DNA of 64,000 nucleotides from Paraspadella gotoi (GCA_051294375.1 CM119268.1:12188356-12252355), one strand, 5' to 3'. Positions 41,377-54,810 are shown, numbered from the stretch's first letter. The notes: a model not told the origin generated them from the letters alone. Numbers and translations: made by a program.

Positions 41377-41945
41377 AGAAAGAAAGAAGGGAGGGAAACG
41401 CCGCTCTCTCTCTAACTTTTGTGCAAAACTTTTGAGGAAATGTTTTGCGCGAGCGACGACCAAACTCAAAAAGAGTCAAACATCGAGGGAGGAGAAAGAA
41501 GGAAAGGAAAGGTTAGTAAGAAAAGAAAATGAAAGGTAAGTAAATAAAAAAGGTTTGTAAAAAGAAAAAGAGGAAATGAGTGGAAGAACGTGAAGGTAGA
41601 AAAAGAGAAAAAGGCGAGGAAAGTAAAGGGAGAGGAAGGAAAGAAGGAAATAAGAAGGAAAATCGGGAGAGGAGGAAAAAGGAAATTAAAGGGATGGAAG
41701 GGGGAGAAAGGAAAGAAGAAAACTAACGAGAAATAACAAAATAAAAAATAAAAAAATCCAAGGCGAATTTTCGATGAATCAAATATGAATTGAAGAATCT
41801 ATGAATGATGAACGAACCATTCCTCCCGCCCTTCAATATTATATAACTGGCTCAATAATGAAGGCTGGATGGAATGAGAATAAACATTTAAAAATTTTGA
41901 GAATGAGAGAGAAGAGAGAGAGAGAGGAGAGAGAAGAGAGAAGAG

Positions 41946-41977
<32 letters not shown>

Positions 41978-42251
41978 AGGAGAGAGAAGAGAAGATGAGA
42001 GAGAGAGAGAGAGAGATAAGAGAGAGAATCTAATTTCAGTTGTACTCGAGTTGTACACATACGAGACGTAGGCGTAGTGGAGCTGACGTTTGGCGAAACA
42101 AAAAATAATTCGAAAAAAAAAGAGCAAAAAATGACGAAGGAAAATAATCGCGAAGGAGTTCGGCGAGAAAATGATGACGTCGACGACGACGACGACGACG
42201 ACGACTATGAAGATGATGAGGTCGTCGCCTACAACGACGGAGCCAAAGATG

Positions 42252-42288
<37 letters not shown>

Positions 42289-44036
42289 TAGAGACGCAGC
42301 GCTAAGCAGAAATCGAAGAGGAGCGATTTATTAACCGGAGACGAAAAAGTACAGAGTTGGCAATAAAAAAAAAAAGAAAAAGAAAAAAAAAAAAGAAAAG
42401 CGATTTTCTTCCATAATTCCAAAACTAAAAAAAAATATAGAAAGAAGAAGCAAAGATAAAAAAAAGAGAATGAAATAAACAAAAATACAACGACAACGAC
42501 AACGACAACAAGATCCAGTCTCGGACCGAAAAAGCGTCGCGGATTTAGTTTCTTCCTTTCTTGCCTCAACTTCTCTTTCTGTTTTTTTTTTTCTCTTTCT
42601 TCTCTTTCTTTCATTTATGCTTTTGACTTTTATTTAGACATTCGATGTTAAATTCGCTTCTACTCATCCACCTCCTCCTCCTCTTCCTCTTCCTCCTACT
42701 TATTGAATCTCCGAAAACACAAGATTTACGAGCGGATGCTTTTTTCGATAACTTTATCTTCTTATGTTTAATGTTACGTTCACGACGTACGAACCGACAG
42801 ACCAAAAAGCGTCTTATAGAGTCACGGCCGCGACTAATAATAAAAAAAAACTCTCGACGAAAACACATTCTTTCTTTCTTTTTTTCCTTTTTCTCGCGTG
42901 TGGAATATAAAGGAAAAAAATTAAGAAAAAAGTTGTTCTCCATCCCGGACGCGCCGCGGTCATCGGTGCGACGCCTTCTCCTCTCTCCTATATTACACGG
43001 CTCTCGTCGCAGTGAACTCTTCCCAGCCCGTCCTCCTCACTCACGTCCCTCTCTTTCGTCTCTCATCCTCTTCTCTCGTCTCCTCTTCTCTCTTCCTCTC
43101 TCTCCTCTCTCTCTCTCTTCTCTCTCTCTCTCTCCCTCGTCGTGGGGAAGAAAACGAAGTTGGCGCCATTTAACGGGATTCGATTAAAGATGGTCAAAAC
43201 AATGATTAAGAATTTGATGAAGTGGATGTTTTGAAGGCGGCATGTGGGTGGATGAGGGGAGAGGAAGAAGAAGCGGTTAGGATGGAGCGAGAGGGAGGAA
43301 GGGAGGAATGATAAAAGGAGAAGGGTGGAGAGAAAGAAGGAGGACGGAGAGATAGGGGGAAGGAGAAAAAGAGGGAGGGAGGAGAGGGAGGGAAGAAGGA
43401 AAGAGGAAGAAAGGAGAGAGAGAGGGAGGGAGGAAAGAGAGGGAAGAAGGAGACAGGGTGAAAAAGAAGAAGGAGAGAAGAGGTAGGAGAGAAAAAGGGA
43501 GGGAGGAGAGGGGAGAAAGAAGACAGGGAGGAAATAAAACGAAGAAGAGGCAGGAAAGAGAATGGAAGGAATAAAGAGGAGATTAGGAAAAGGAAAAAAT
43601 AGGAGGAAATGAGAGAAAGAAGGAGGAACAAAGGAGGGAGGAAAGGAAAGGAGAGGAAAGTAGTAGTAATAAAAAAGAGTAGGAGAGGAAGAGGAAAGAG
43701 GAGTTAAGGTAGAGGGAGGAAGTAGTTAAGAGCTAAGTGAGGTACTACGTATTTGAGAATATCGAATTATAAGCCGCGTATGAATCTGCATGATAAATTT
43801 GCATATGCAAAATCGAGTCCAATGTTGCATTCTTATGTTGCTTGACTTTAAAGCTAAAAACATTTTCTATGTTTTTAAAACGTTATTTTATGATTATAAA
43901 TATTACATAGGACGGAATACACCTCTCTGTGACAAACGGAAGGGGAAAAAACCCATTGGTAAAAACATTCATTTGATAATAATGACAATTGGATGTCATA
44001 ACGTCATCTCCCGCCGAAGTCTACTTCGAGCCATAA

Positions 44037-44098
<62 letters not shown>

Positions 44099-44339
44099 AC
44101 GAAGGGAGAAATTTTCACGGAGCCGAAACATTTACATAATGACTTGTGAAAAACCCAACGAATAAAAAAAAGAGAGAGAAAAGAAAAAGAGAAAAAATTA
44201 TCTCGTCCAAGACGACGTCTGTGCTTTCATCATCAATTCTGGGATGGGAAAAGAAAAGAGAAGATTCAAATNNNNNNNNNNNNNNNNNNNNNNNNNTCAA
44301 ATGAAGAGAGAGAGAGAGGGGGAGAAGAGAGGGGAGATG

Positions 44340-44399
<60 letters not shown>

Positions 44400-44753
44400 G
44401 AGAAGAGAGAGAGAGAGAGAGTGCACAGAGGAACATGATTGATAAGAAAAAGAGAGAGAGTGAGAAGAGAGAGGAGTGCAAAATAGGGGGTGGGAGGATA
44501 GAGAGGGAGGACGAGACGAAAAAAAAACCTAAAAAAAAAATGGAATCAGACAACTTTATGGAAGTTTGAAAAGACAGGAGAAGGGCCAGGAGTCGCTCTC
44601 CGGTTAAAGAACACAAGAGGTGCCTCCCTATTGTTTTTCCTTTTCTTTCTTTTTTATGTTCTTTTTTTTTTTCGAGTCGCAAGTCACAGTCACCGTAATT
44701 AGCACAACACTTCTGGAATGTGTATATGTAGCCATTCAGATCGCGATCTTTTT

Positions 44754-44832
<79 letters not shown>

Positions 44833-45537
44833 CTTCGAATGCGACGGATCGGACGATTTTTCACGACGATCGACGACGACGAAAATGGCGACGCACTAGG
44901 AACGAACGGCTGGGACAACGACGTCAGGTAAATTATTTTTTCATTTTCACACGGGAGGGATTGATGTCGACTTGGTTTCAAATAGATGGCGAAGCCGGCG
45001 GTGGTTAGCGAAGAAAAAAAGAGTAAGAAAAGGAGGAAAAAAAATGAATTAATCGAATTGATTGATTGGATTGATTGATAAGTTTATTTGATTATTTTCC
45101 TTGATCAAATTCAAAATGATTTAATTGATTTATTTTACTTTTTTATTTAATTGATCCATTTGGGCTTATCTTGAGGTATTTCGAATATCATTTATTAATT
45201 TTATATATTAATGATTGATTGATGAAAAGTTACTAAATTATTTTTGTAAATTTAGAATAGATATTGTCAGAGAGAGAGAGTGCAAAAGGGGGAGGAAGAG
45301 GGAGACTAATGGAATCAGACAACTTTATGGAACTTTGAAAAGACAAAGGAGAAGGCAGGAGTCTCTCGGTTAAACACAAGAGTGCCTCCCTATTGTTTTT
45401 CTTTTTCTTTCTTTTTTTTCGAGTCGAAAGTCATTAGCTGAAGGAATCGCGTCTTTTCCTTTTTTTCTTCGAATCGACGATCGACGATCGACGATCGACG
45501 ACGACGGTCGGAAAGAAGGGAACGTTAAGCCTCGGGA

Positions 45538-45770
45538 GAAGGGGGGGAATCGGGGTTAGAGGAAGGAAGTAAGGCGCAAGTGAGAAGGGAGGGAATCAGG
45601 GTAGAGGGGAAAGAAGTAAGGGCCAAGGGAGAAGGAGGGGTATCAAGGTAGAGGAAGAAGAAATAAGGGCCAAGGGAGAAAGGAGGGGAAATAGGGTAGG
45701 AGGTAAGAAGTAAGGGCCAAGTGGAGTGAAGGAGGGAAATCAGGGTAGAAAGGAAGGAAGTAAGGGTAAG
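45538..45770 (+). repeat. ~47-bp purine-rich minisatellite, about 5 units
   Basis: Repeating gaaggaggg-aatcagggtaga-gaagtaagggccaaggga. Confidence 0.75.
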
Positions 45771-47789
45771 GACGGTGACAAGGTACGGGAGTCTAGCCTG
45801 AGTGGCTTTAGAGTTCGCGTTAATGTAATTTTAAGTGGTCCCAATGGTGGAGAATGGAGTTTATGGGTGATATTCAGTTATTCCTTTTGGCTTTAGAGTC
45901 GTGAAGATATCTAGTTGGTCAACAGTGTCTCTGAGAATGTGATGAAAAGCATATGCTAACCGCGCACTCTCTGAACTTCAACCTCTCTCTCTTCCTCTCT
46001 TCTCCTCTTCTCTCTCTCTCCTCTCATCTCCATATCTCTCTCTACCCTCTTCAATAAAGTGCTACTACCCTGAGCAATGCTAACTATCATTGCACATCCT
46101 TTAGCAACGAAGCAAGCGCACATGCAACGTGAGTCTTCTTAAATGAGATTCATCGTTGCTGCTCATAGATCGGGTGAGAGGGCGCTCCATTGCTCGTCGT
46201 CGTCGTTCGTCGTCCGCTCCTCCGTCACTGTCAATTTCCTCTTGCGCTCCCATGTCTCATCATGTTCTCATTACATAGGAGTGCGTTTTGTCATTCGTAT
46301 ATGTAATTTTTTTTATATACATAATTTTCGTCTGAGCATTGATTTGGCTTGTCTTGCCATGATTTACGTATTCCTTTGGAAAGTTGTCTTTCACCGTCGA
46401 ATCATATTATCCGTTGGTACAGATTCTATTCAATCTATTTACGATTACATTAATTCGTACACCTAATTACACTCCTAATCTTATTCGAAATTTTTTTTCA
46501 GTTGTTTCTATTTAAAAAAATATCGTAATTTTTTTCTAATATTGTTTTATTATATTTATATTTATTTAAATAAAATAATAAATAATTTGAATCGTGAAAT
46601 GAATAAGCTAACGAAAGTCAGCGACAGGAGCACCTGAGCTTTCGTGCGCCGAGACCGTATCTCGGGGATGACAGGAGTGGCTGAAGCGGTTCGGCGCTAT
46701 TAACGCGGCGAGAGACTAGCGCCGCCATGACGCGACTGCCCGATAAATTAGTCTCACGATAAAATGTTTAAGAGAGGAAGTAGAAAAAAAAAGTGGCGAT
46801 TTTTTCCAACGTATTTCAAGTGTATCGATAAAGGGATCTCGTAAGAATAAAAATATTAAAGTGATTGGAGCAAATGGTAAAACCACATAAGTAATTGTAT
46901 AAAACATACAACTACGTTTGATGTAGAAGTAACAAAAAAAGAATTAATAGATATATCTCACAATCACACTCTTATTAAAATACAATTCATCGTTCGCATA
47001 CACCACAATACATTAAACAAAATAAATTACAAAATAATGATCCTCCCGCAAACAACTCAAAGCTCTCTCCATCCGCTCTCTCTCCGTCTCATAATACTCC
47101 TCTACATCTATCTATTGATATACATGATCATATTCAAATCAAAATAAACGCATTCAATCAATTAATCTTCAATATTAATTTCATTTTTTTTAGTCCATAT
47201 CCTAATATATATACTCTCTCTCCTCCGCTATAAATCCTCGCTCCCGGCTTCGCTATCTCTGATACCAATGTCGATACACTATCAATACGGTTGAATATGA
47301 TCAAATATTATCCACTCTGCACGTCGTGCGTCTCGTCGAGTTCATCTGCTGATCCGCTCCTTTCTCGCTTTNNNNNNNNNNNNNNNNNNNNNNNNNTGGA
47401 ATTTTTTTCCGCCATAAAAAACGAATTTATTTTCATCTTCGTCGCTGGACGTCGCGAGGGCCGAGAGGGAGAAAGGGGGGAGGAAGAGGGAGATGGGAGG
47501 AAGAGGGAGATGGGAGTAAGGGAAAGTAGAAGGAGAGTGAAGACGGAGAAGGAAAATAGAGATGGCAAAGAGAAAAGGGTGGAAGTGGTAAATAAAAAGG
47601 TGGGAAGTGGCAAAGAAAAAGGGTGAAAGTTGCAAAGGAAAAGGGTGAAAGTGGCAAACATAAAGGTTGGAAGTGGCAAGAGAAAAGGATTGAGGTGGAC
47701 GAGGAAAAAGTTGGATGAATCCTACTAGATGGAAAATGGGTAGAAATGAATAAGAATTGAAAGTGGAATAAAGTGGAAGGTAAAATAAA

Positions 47790-48420
47790 AACAAGAACGG
47801 TGATTCAAATGTGTTCCACCACAGTGAATTTGTTTTCACGTGATATGACATGAGTAAAAAACTTTCTCAGCCCTTGTATTTATGACATGCACTGCATCGA
47901 GTCTTTTATTCCTTATAGTTTTATGATTTCCTGAAGGCGGCGCTCGCAGTCCCTTAGAATTGGGGTTTTTTCCTGTCTTAACAAATGAGCAACCAACTTT
48001 ATGCGAATTATATGTATTTTTAATGTAAGTGGGACCAACCAACGGACAGACATACCGACCAACAGACTGACAGACTGACAGACCGACCGACCAAAAAGTG
48101 ACTGATAGAGTTACTCGGCGAGTACTCGCGACGAAACTAAAAAAAACAAGATCGGTCCATCCAAAGTCTTGCGCCGCAGTGACTTTCTTCGCCTGTGTAT
48201 TTATGACACGCACTGCAATGGAATTCCGTTTTTTATACCTTATAGTTTTAGGATTTCCTGAGGCGGCGCAAGCAGTCCCTTAAATTTGAGGTTTTTTCCT
48301 GTCTCACCAAATGAACGAATTATATGTATTTTTAACGTAAGTGGGACAGACTGATGGACAGACCTTCTGAAAAGTGACTTATAGAGTTGCTCCGCGAGTA
48401 CTCACGCCGCAACTAAAAAC
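47790..48420 (-). mobile_element. Two tandem HINE/DINE-1-like non-autonomous Helentron elements (family A)
   Basis: Each copy runs, on the + strand, aacaag...body...(GACA/GACC)n...hairpin agttgc...gcaact-aaaaa. The copies are 47790-48143 and 48144-48420, with a third at 54540-54810. Confidence 0.65.
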
Positions 48421-48848
48421 AGGATAAGAAAAAGGGAGAGTTTTTTACTTTTTTTGCCAATTTAACAAGTAAAAAAAAATGTATACACAATAGTTTTAAC
48501 GCTTCTTGCGAAAATGACAAATAAATTTCCCACTATCACTATCGATCGCTCTCTCTCTCTCTTTCCATTTTCTCTTTCTCTTGCTCTCTCTCGCTTTCAC
48601 TTTTTCCCATCCTTTCAGCAATAAGTGTCGCTTTTAGACTTGATACATCTATGCTTTATTGATTTCAAAATAGCGAGAAGAGAGAGAGAGAGAGGAGAGA
48701 GACAGAGAGAGAGAGAGAGAGAAGAAGAGAGAGAGGAAGAGAGAGAGAGATAAGATGCAATTTTTATGGTGCAGAATCGAAGCTATCAAGATTCATTACT
48801 CTCAAAGAGAATCAGTTTGACAAAGCAGAGAGATATAGTCAAAGAGAG

Positions 48849-48884
<36 letters not shown>

Positions 48885-48887
48885 CGA

Positions 48888-48918
<31 letters not shown>

Positions 48919-49321
48919 AGAGAAGAAGAGGGGATAAGATGCCAACTTTTTTAATGCGCGCAGAATTTCGAGGCTTCATAACTCTTAACGAAATATTTTG
49001 ACATAGCTGAGAGATATAGTCAGAGAGAGAGGGAGAGAGAGAGAGAGAAAGAGAGAATACAAACTTTATATACTGCGGTCAATGAAACGTAATGTTAATG
49101 GATTTTCTTTTTTAGACTTTAGAATTTTGCTCAAGTGCAGAATTCAGGTCATCTTTCGGTTTTGGGTCTCGGTTTCTCTGCCGATTCAATAACGAAAATT
49201 CGGAGTGGGGGGGGTTAATCCTACATCATTCTGTCAGGGTAGAACATCATTTTTTTTTCAGATTGAAATAAAATCTTAATTTTTTTTCCTTTTTTCTATA
49301 TGTACACTGTACATTTAGATT

Positions 49322-49910
49322 CGAGTGATGAAAAGATTGAGCTTTTGAACATTATTTTTTTGCTGCCTATGTAATTAGTGAATTTTAAATCCTTTAAACT
49401 TTTTTAAGCATAACAGTATAGTAAATTTAATTTTTATGTAGTAATTTCCTTATAAAATCATAAAATTTCAAAATAATTTTTATTTTATTTTAAAGAACAG
49501 ATTTAGATTCGCTATAAAAAACTAAAAAACTTTTATAAAATATTTTATATAATTTTTTAATGTTTAGACCGCAAAAAATGACTAAAAGATTTTAACATAT
49601 ATATATATATGTTATATATATATATATAAGTTTCTACTACAGAAAATTAAAAAGTCCTGAATTTTTACCTTTTTCCCCCCGTTTTAAATGCTGAAGACAA
49701 CATAATTTTTGATAACATGTTTTATATGTTTGATTTAACTTTTTATGAAGAATCTAAATCTTTATTAAAATTTTTTTTTAAATTATTTTTAAAATTTGCT
49801 ATTTTATAAGAATATTACTACAAATATATTGTATTTTACTATTCTGTTCCCGAGACTATATGAACAAAACTAGTCAATCATACAATCTCACATTTAAATA
49901 TCCTTGTTTG
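49322..49910. mobile_element. Fold-back/MITE-like AT-rich element related to 8440-8830
   Basis: gagtgatgaaaagattgagc and tttaactttttatgaagaat are shared with 8440-8830. Imperfect inverted arms at ~49410-49530 and ~49730-49850 surround a (TA)n tract. Confidence 0.5.
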
Positions 49911-50990
49911 ATGTACATAGTACATCATTTTTTGTTGACGAAACTCCAAAACATAAAAGGAGTCCTGACGCGGTCGAATAATAAAGCAAGAGCTGTAGAA
50001 CAACACTAAAATATGCGTCTAGATATAATAAAACATAACATAAGGTAATGTATTGAGATCTTCGTAAATTGCTACAAACAAGCTCCTGACCGCCATTATG
50101 TGTCGCTTCTACATATTGTCGTCTTCATCTTCATCGTCATCTTTGTCGTCGTCGTCGTCGTCGTTTTCCTCGTCGTCGTCGTCGTCGTTTTCCTCGTCGT
50201 CGTCGTCCGCCATCTTGTTTCGGTTTTATCGTGGTCATTGCGTCTTTTTCCTTCGTCGAGAAATGGTCACCGAATTTATGGTCTAGGTGAGGCAGAGGTT
50301 AGGAAGGGGTGTGGCTCGCGCCAAGTCAGGCGGGCGAGGGTACAAGGATAGGAAGGTAGGCATCAGAGGGAAGAGAGAGGAGAGAGGAGAGAGAGAGAGA
50401 AGAGCTGAAGAGGAGAGAGAGAGAGAGAGAGTAGAAGGGGAAGAGGAAGAGGATGAAGAAGAGAAAGAGAGAGAGGAGAGAGACGAGAGAAAGAACGAGG
50501 AACCCGAGAGGCACGGAGAGAGGAGAGAGGAGCGAGATGCGAGAAAGAGAGAACCGGAGTGTGCGGTGGGAGAGAGAGAAGAGAGGAGACAATACGCCAC
50601 TCGAAGAGATAGAGAGTGAGGAAGAATATCACGAATCGAGGAGAGAGTAGGGGAGAGATAGAAGAAGACGAGAGAGAGAGAACAGAATTGAGCGATGAAT
50701 GGATGAGGTCATTTCTTTAGGCTGAAGGGAAAACCAAAAAAGTTACTATTCGTGGGTCGATGATTATCTGCGTGGAAATCGACGAAAATAATCTGACCCT
50801 GAACAAACTTATCGTTGTCGTAGTTTACGGTTTGCCAAATTTGAGATCCAAATGCATGAAACCTATATCTGAGCTATTATTAAATTAAATTAAAAAGAAT
50901 AGTATTTAGAAGACATTATTTTGAAGGCGTTGGTAATTTCAAGAGTAATCACGAGTCTAAGTCATATATCAGCCATCTCTGAGATACATT

Positions 50991-51850
50991 TAAACAACTT
51001 TGAGCAAACAATGTCTGATCTGCCCACGATAATTAAGCGGTAATCAGCTAAATAAATAAATAAATAATGACAAATAAAGTACAAATAATTTATATAACTA
51101 TTATTATTTTTTCCACTTGAATCATTTTTTCAACTTAGATCCTTTTAACAACTTGCATCATTTTTTCAACTTGTATCTTTTTTTTCAACTTGCATCATTT
51201 TTACAACTTGCATCATTTTTTCAACTTGCATCATTTTTTCAACTTATATTATTTTTTTCAACTTGCATCATTTTTACAACTTGAATCATTTTTACAACTT
51301 GCATCATTTTTTTAACTTGCATCATTTTTTTAACTTACATCATTTTTTTAACTTGCATCATCTTAACAACTTGCATTATCTTAACAACTTGCATCATTTT
51401 TTCAACTTGTATCATTTTTTCAACTTGCATCATTTTTTTAACTTGGATCATTTTTTCAACTTGCATTAATTAATTAATTAATTAATTAATACATTCATGA
51501 GTAAGCATAAATAATAAAAATTCAAGTCAACTTGTCTTATGTTTTTTTCCATTTAAACTCATTTCCACTCAAACGATTCCATCTAAACTTTATATCCAGC
51601 TTCATCACACACTTTCCTATCCACACACAAAATTTAATCTCAATCTATCCATCCAATCACGAGGAATTGGAGTTTTTTGTTAAAGGGGGACAGACAGACA
51701 GACAAACAGACAGTCGGACATTGTTTTTTTTTGTGCTTAATTTAGCATAATATGATGTTCTGATGTGATAAAAATTATTTACCGACAAGATTTAGGGGTG
51801 GGACAGACGGACCGACAAAGAATCTGCTGATAAGCAGATCCGACTAAAAA
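50991..51850 (-). mobile_element. HINE/DINE-1-like element (family B) with an internal 18-bp tandem array (AACTTGCATCATTTTTTC)n at ~51115-51465
   Basis: Starts aaacaactttgagcaaacaatgtctgatctgc and ends gcagatccgactaaaaa (subTIR pair). A (GACA)n tract precedes the terminal hairpin. Confidence 0.65.
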
Positions 51851-51957
51851 TAAAACAGCGCAAAATATAACTATAAATATACGATTGACCAATTTGAACA
51901 TTTTGTATGTGAACATAATTACAAACAAATGAAATATTCCTGAATTTATTATTATTA

Positions 51958-52027
<70 letters not shown>

Positions 52028-52062
52028 TACTACTTACTTACTCAATCATTTAGCGATGATAT

Positions 52063-52615
52063 TGTATCAATACTCTTTGAAAACCGTTTATTGAACATAA
52101 ACAACAAAATTGACTTCCCTTTTTAAAAGCTACTCCTTCGCCTCGGAGGATAGCGTCCCTCTGTAATCCGAGCTTCGGAGAGGTCGGCCCGGACTGGCTC
52201 TGTCGATCAATGTGTTCCGGGTTCCCTGCATCCCACTGCTAGGGAATCCACAATGATCATCCGAAGTTTCACCTGGAGGCGCGAGTCTAACGGTCGACTG
52301 ATGGTCCACCAGGGTTCGATCGGTTAAGGTCGACTGATTCCACCAGGCTCGATCTGTTGTGGGTCGACTGATTCCACCAGGTCGACCACCTCGGTCAGCT
52401 AATTCCATCCGGCTGACCAATATATAATATATAATCTATAATCACCCTATCTTAATCATCCCTCTAACTAATGATATATAATTTCCCTATCTTAATCATC
52501 CCTATATAACCAATATAACCTTAACCCCTGTCTTTCATATATCTTGTGCCATCTCAGCTTACATACGTCTCGTCTCGTCTCGTCTTCGTCTCGTCCAATT
52601 CTATATTCACCCACA
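52063..52615 (-). mobile_element. Possible solo LTR
   Basis: The minus strand begins TGT and ends ACA, with TATA-like tttaaaaag followed by AATAAA about 25 nt from the end. It contains internal GC-rich repeats. No target-site duplication was found. Confidence 0.4.
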
Positions 52616-53027
52616 AGTTATAACTGAAAATAAAAAAAAAACTATAGCATCGAGCAAGGAAGTAAGGAAGGAATGACTTGTTCTCGCTGCCTCCTCGGAT
52701 GTATCCATTGTGGTTTCCCAAGCAATTCGCAGGGAACCCGTGTTGACATTGAGCCTCATCCTACTTGGTCGTAATTTTTTTTTTATCTCAAAAATAGATG
52801 CTGAAGTGAGTTATTGTTTACAAACATTGATTGTTTTTAACTACATTCTTCCGATGTTATATCAAAAATTCTTTGTTGGAAGCTTTAATTATTCGTATGT
52901 ATGTCTCTCTCTTTTTCTTTGTTGAAATTTTTTTAACAATCTTTTCGCAAATAGAAGTTCTAGTAGAACCGGAATATGTCTCAATTTTTGCATCGTTAAA
53001 AGTTAAAACAATCGTTGTATGTAAATT

Positions 53028-53617
53028 AAACAAGTTTGAGCAAACAATGTCGGATCTGCCTACGATAATTAAGCGGTAATAAGCTAATGCGATGATAAAT
53101 CACGGTAATTTTTTCTGACTTTTAATTTGTGGTCTTAACAGATCTTAACAAATCATAACACATCATAACATAACAATTCATAACAGACTTCTTAATAAAT
53201 CTATGAAAAAAATTCTATAAATCTATCTATCTTCTATCTATCTATCATTACTAGTGGCCTCGCCAATACCAACTTGCATAATTTTATAATTTTGCATAAT
53301 TTTCTAATTTTGCATAATTTGGTCAACTTGCATAATTTGGTCAACTTCCATAATTTTATCAACTTGCATAATTTAATCAACTTGCATTATTTGATTAACT
53401 GGCATAATTTAGTCAACTCACATAATTTTTTCAACTGGCATAATTTTGTTAACCGGCATAATTTGGTCAACTGGCATAATTTGGTCAACTGGCATAATTT
53501 TGTTAACCGGCATAATTTGGTCAACTGGCATAATTTGGTCAACGGATGGACGGACAGACAGACGGACCAAGTGGATTATAGAGTCGGAATCTGCTGATAA
53601 ACCGATCCCACTAAAAA
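53028..53617 (-). mobile_element. HINE/DINE-1-like element (family B) with an 18-bp array (AACTGGCATAATTTGGTC)n at ~53270-53543
   Basis: Has the same ~60-bp end as 50991 (aaacaagtttgagcaaacaatgtcggatctgc), then ggacggacagacagacggac and the terminal hairpin agtcggaatctgctgataa...ctaaaaa. Confidence 0.65.
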
Positions 53618-54539
53618 TCGGCTTCATTCTTATCGTCTGACTCGAAGGTGGATCCTCGCTATGAAACGAATGCCAGGGAAGCGACGGCGAAGATCCGGCG
53701 CCGGAACGATTCGGTCGTTGCTCCGGAAGTCGGTCGTCGTCGGTCGGTCGGTAGTCACCAATCCCTCGCAACCCAGCCTAAGCCTAAGCCTAAGCCTAAG
53801 CCTCTTCAAAGCTGTCACTCGCAGGGGGCGTAAACGTCATCGGAGATCGAGAGGTAGGGACGACGCCGATATAAGGCAAGATTTTAGCCGGACTGGCAGA
53901 GAGGGAAACGTCGGCAAACATCAGAAAATATCTGTAACATACACAACATTGTGCAGAGGCGGTCAGAATATCACATATAAGTTTTTAAATTTTTAGCGTT
54001 GCTGGCAGAGTGGATAACCTCGGCAAACATAGGCGCATGCCGGAAACTTATTCGCTGAGACAATAAAATATCATTGTATCAAGCAATATTTTAGCGAGCT
54101 AACATAATGGATAACCTCGGCAAACGTCGGTACTAGCGCACACGACAACGCGGGAAGGCGGTCGGAATCAAAGGCAATCAATTCATCTCGGCTGCTCCAT
54201 CATCGGCCCGCGGGGATCGAGGAGAAATCTTTCGGAAGCAGACGCGACGTAAATGTTTTATTATTCTGCGCGGGAAACGTTTTTGCTCCGATAAATAAAA
54301 TATCATCATCGCTGTTTCCTTTTTTTTCGTCCAGAGAGTTTGGTTCGAGAGAATTTGACGTCAGCGAGAAAACTGGGGCTGATTTGTCTCTGGTTCTTAA
54401 AAGCGATATGTCATATATGGACAAAGTAATCGAAAAAGAGAAGGGGTGCGAAGTAATCGTTGAAAGAAAAAAGAATGAGAGAAAAAAAAATTCAATTATG
54501 AAAATTAATAAAGAAGAAAAAAATGAAAATAGATGTAAA

Positions 54540-54810
54540 AACAAGAATGGTAATTCCAATGGGTTGCGCCGCAGTAACTATATTTTCATATTCCGTCTTT
54601 TAATCTTGATAGTTTTAGGAATTCCTGAGGGTGGCACTAGCTGTCTCTTAGATTTGAGGTTTTTTCTGTCTTAACAAATGATCAACCAACTAAAGGCAAA
54701 TTATATATATTTTTAACGTAAGTAGGACAGACCGATGGACAGACATACTGACGGACCATACGACAGACCGACCGAAAAGTTGCTCCTCGAGAACTCGCGG
54801 CGCAACTAAA
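54540..54810 (-). mobile_element. HINE/DINE-1-like element (family A)
   Basis: Subterminal inverted repeats gttgcgccgc (~54563) and gcggcgcaac (~54797), a GACA/GGAC microsatellite, and a body shared with 47860-48420. Confidence 0.65.

Noticed and set aside
51115-53543. 18-bp arrays as a CRISPR array or a His-rich repeat protein
   Set aside because: There are no unique spacers or cas genes, and the context is eukaryotic. The arrays lie inside HINE-like elements.
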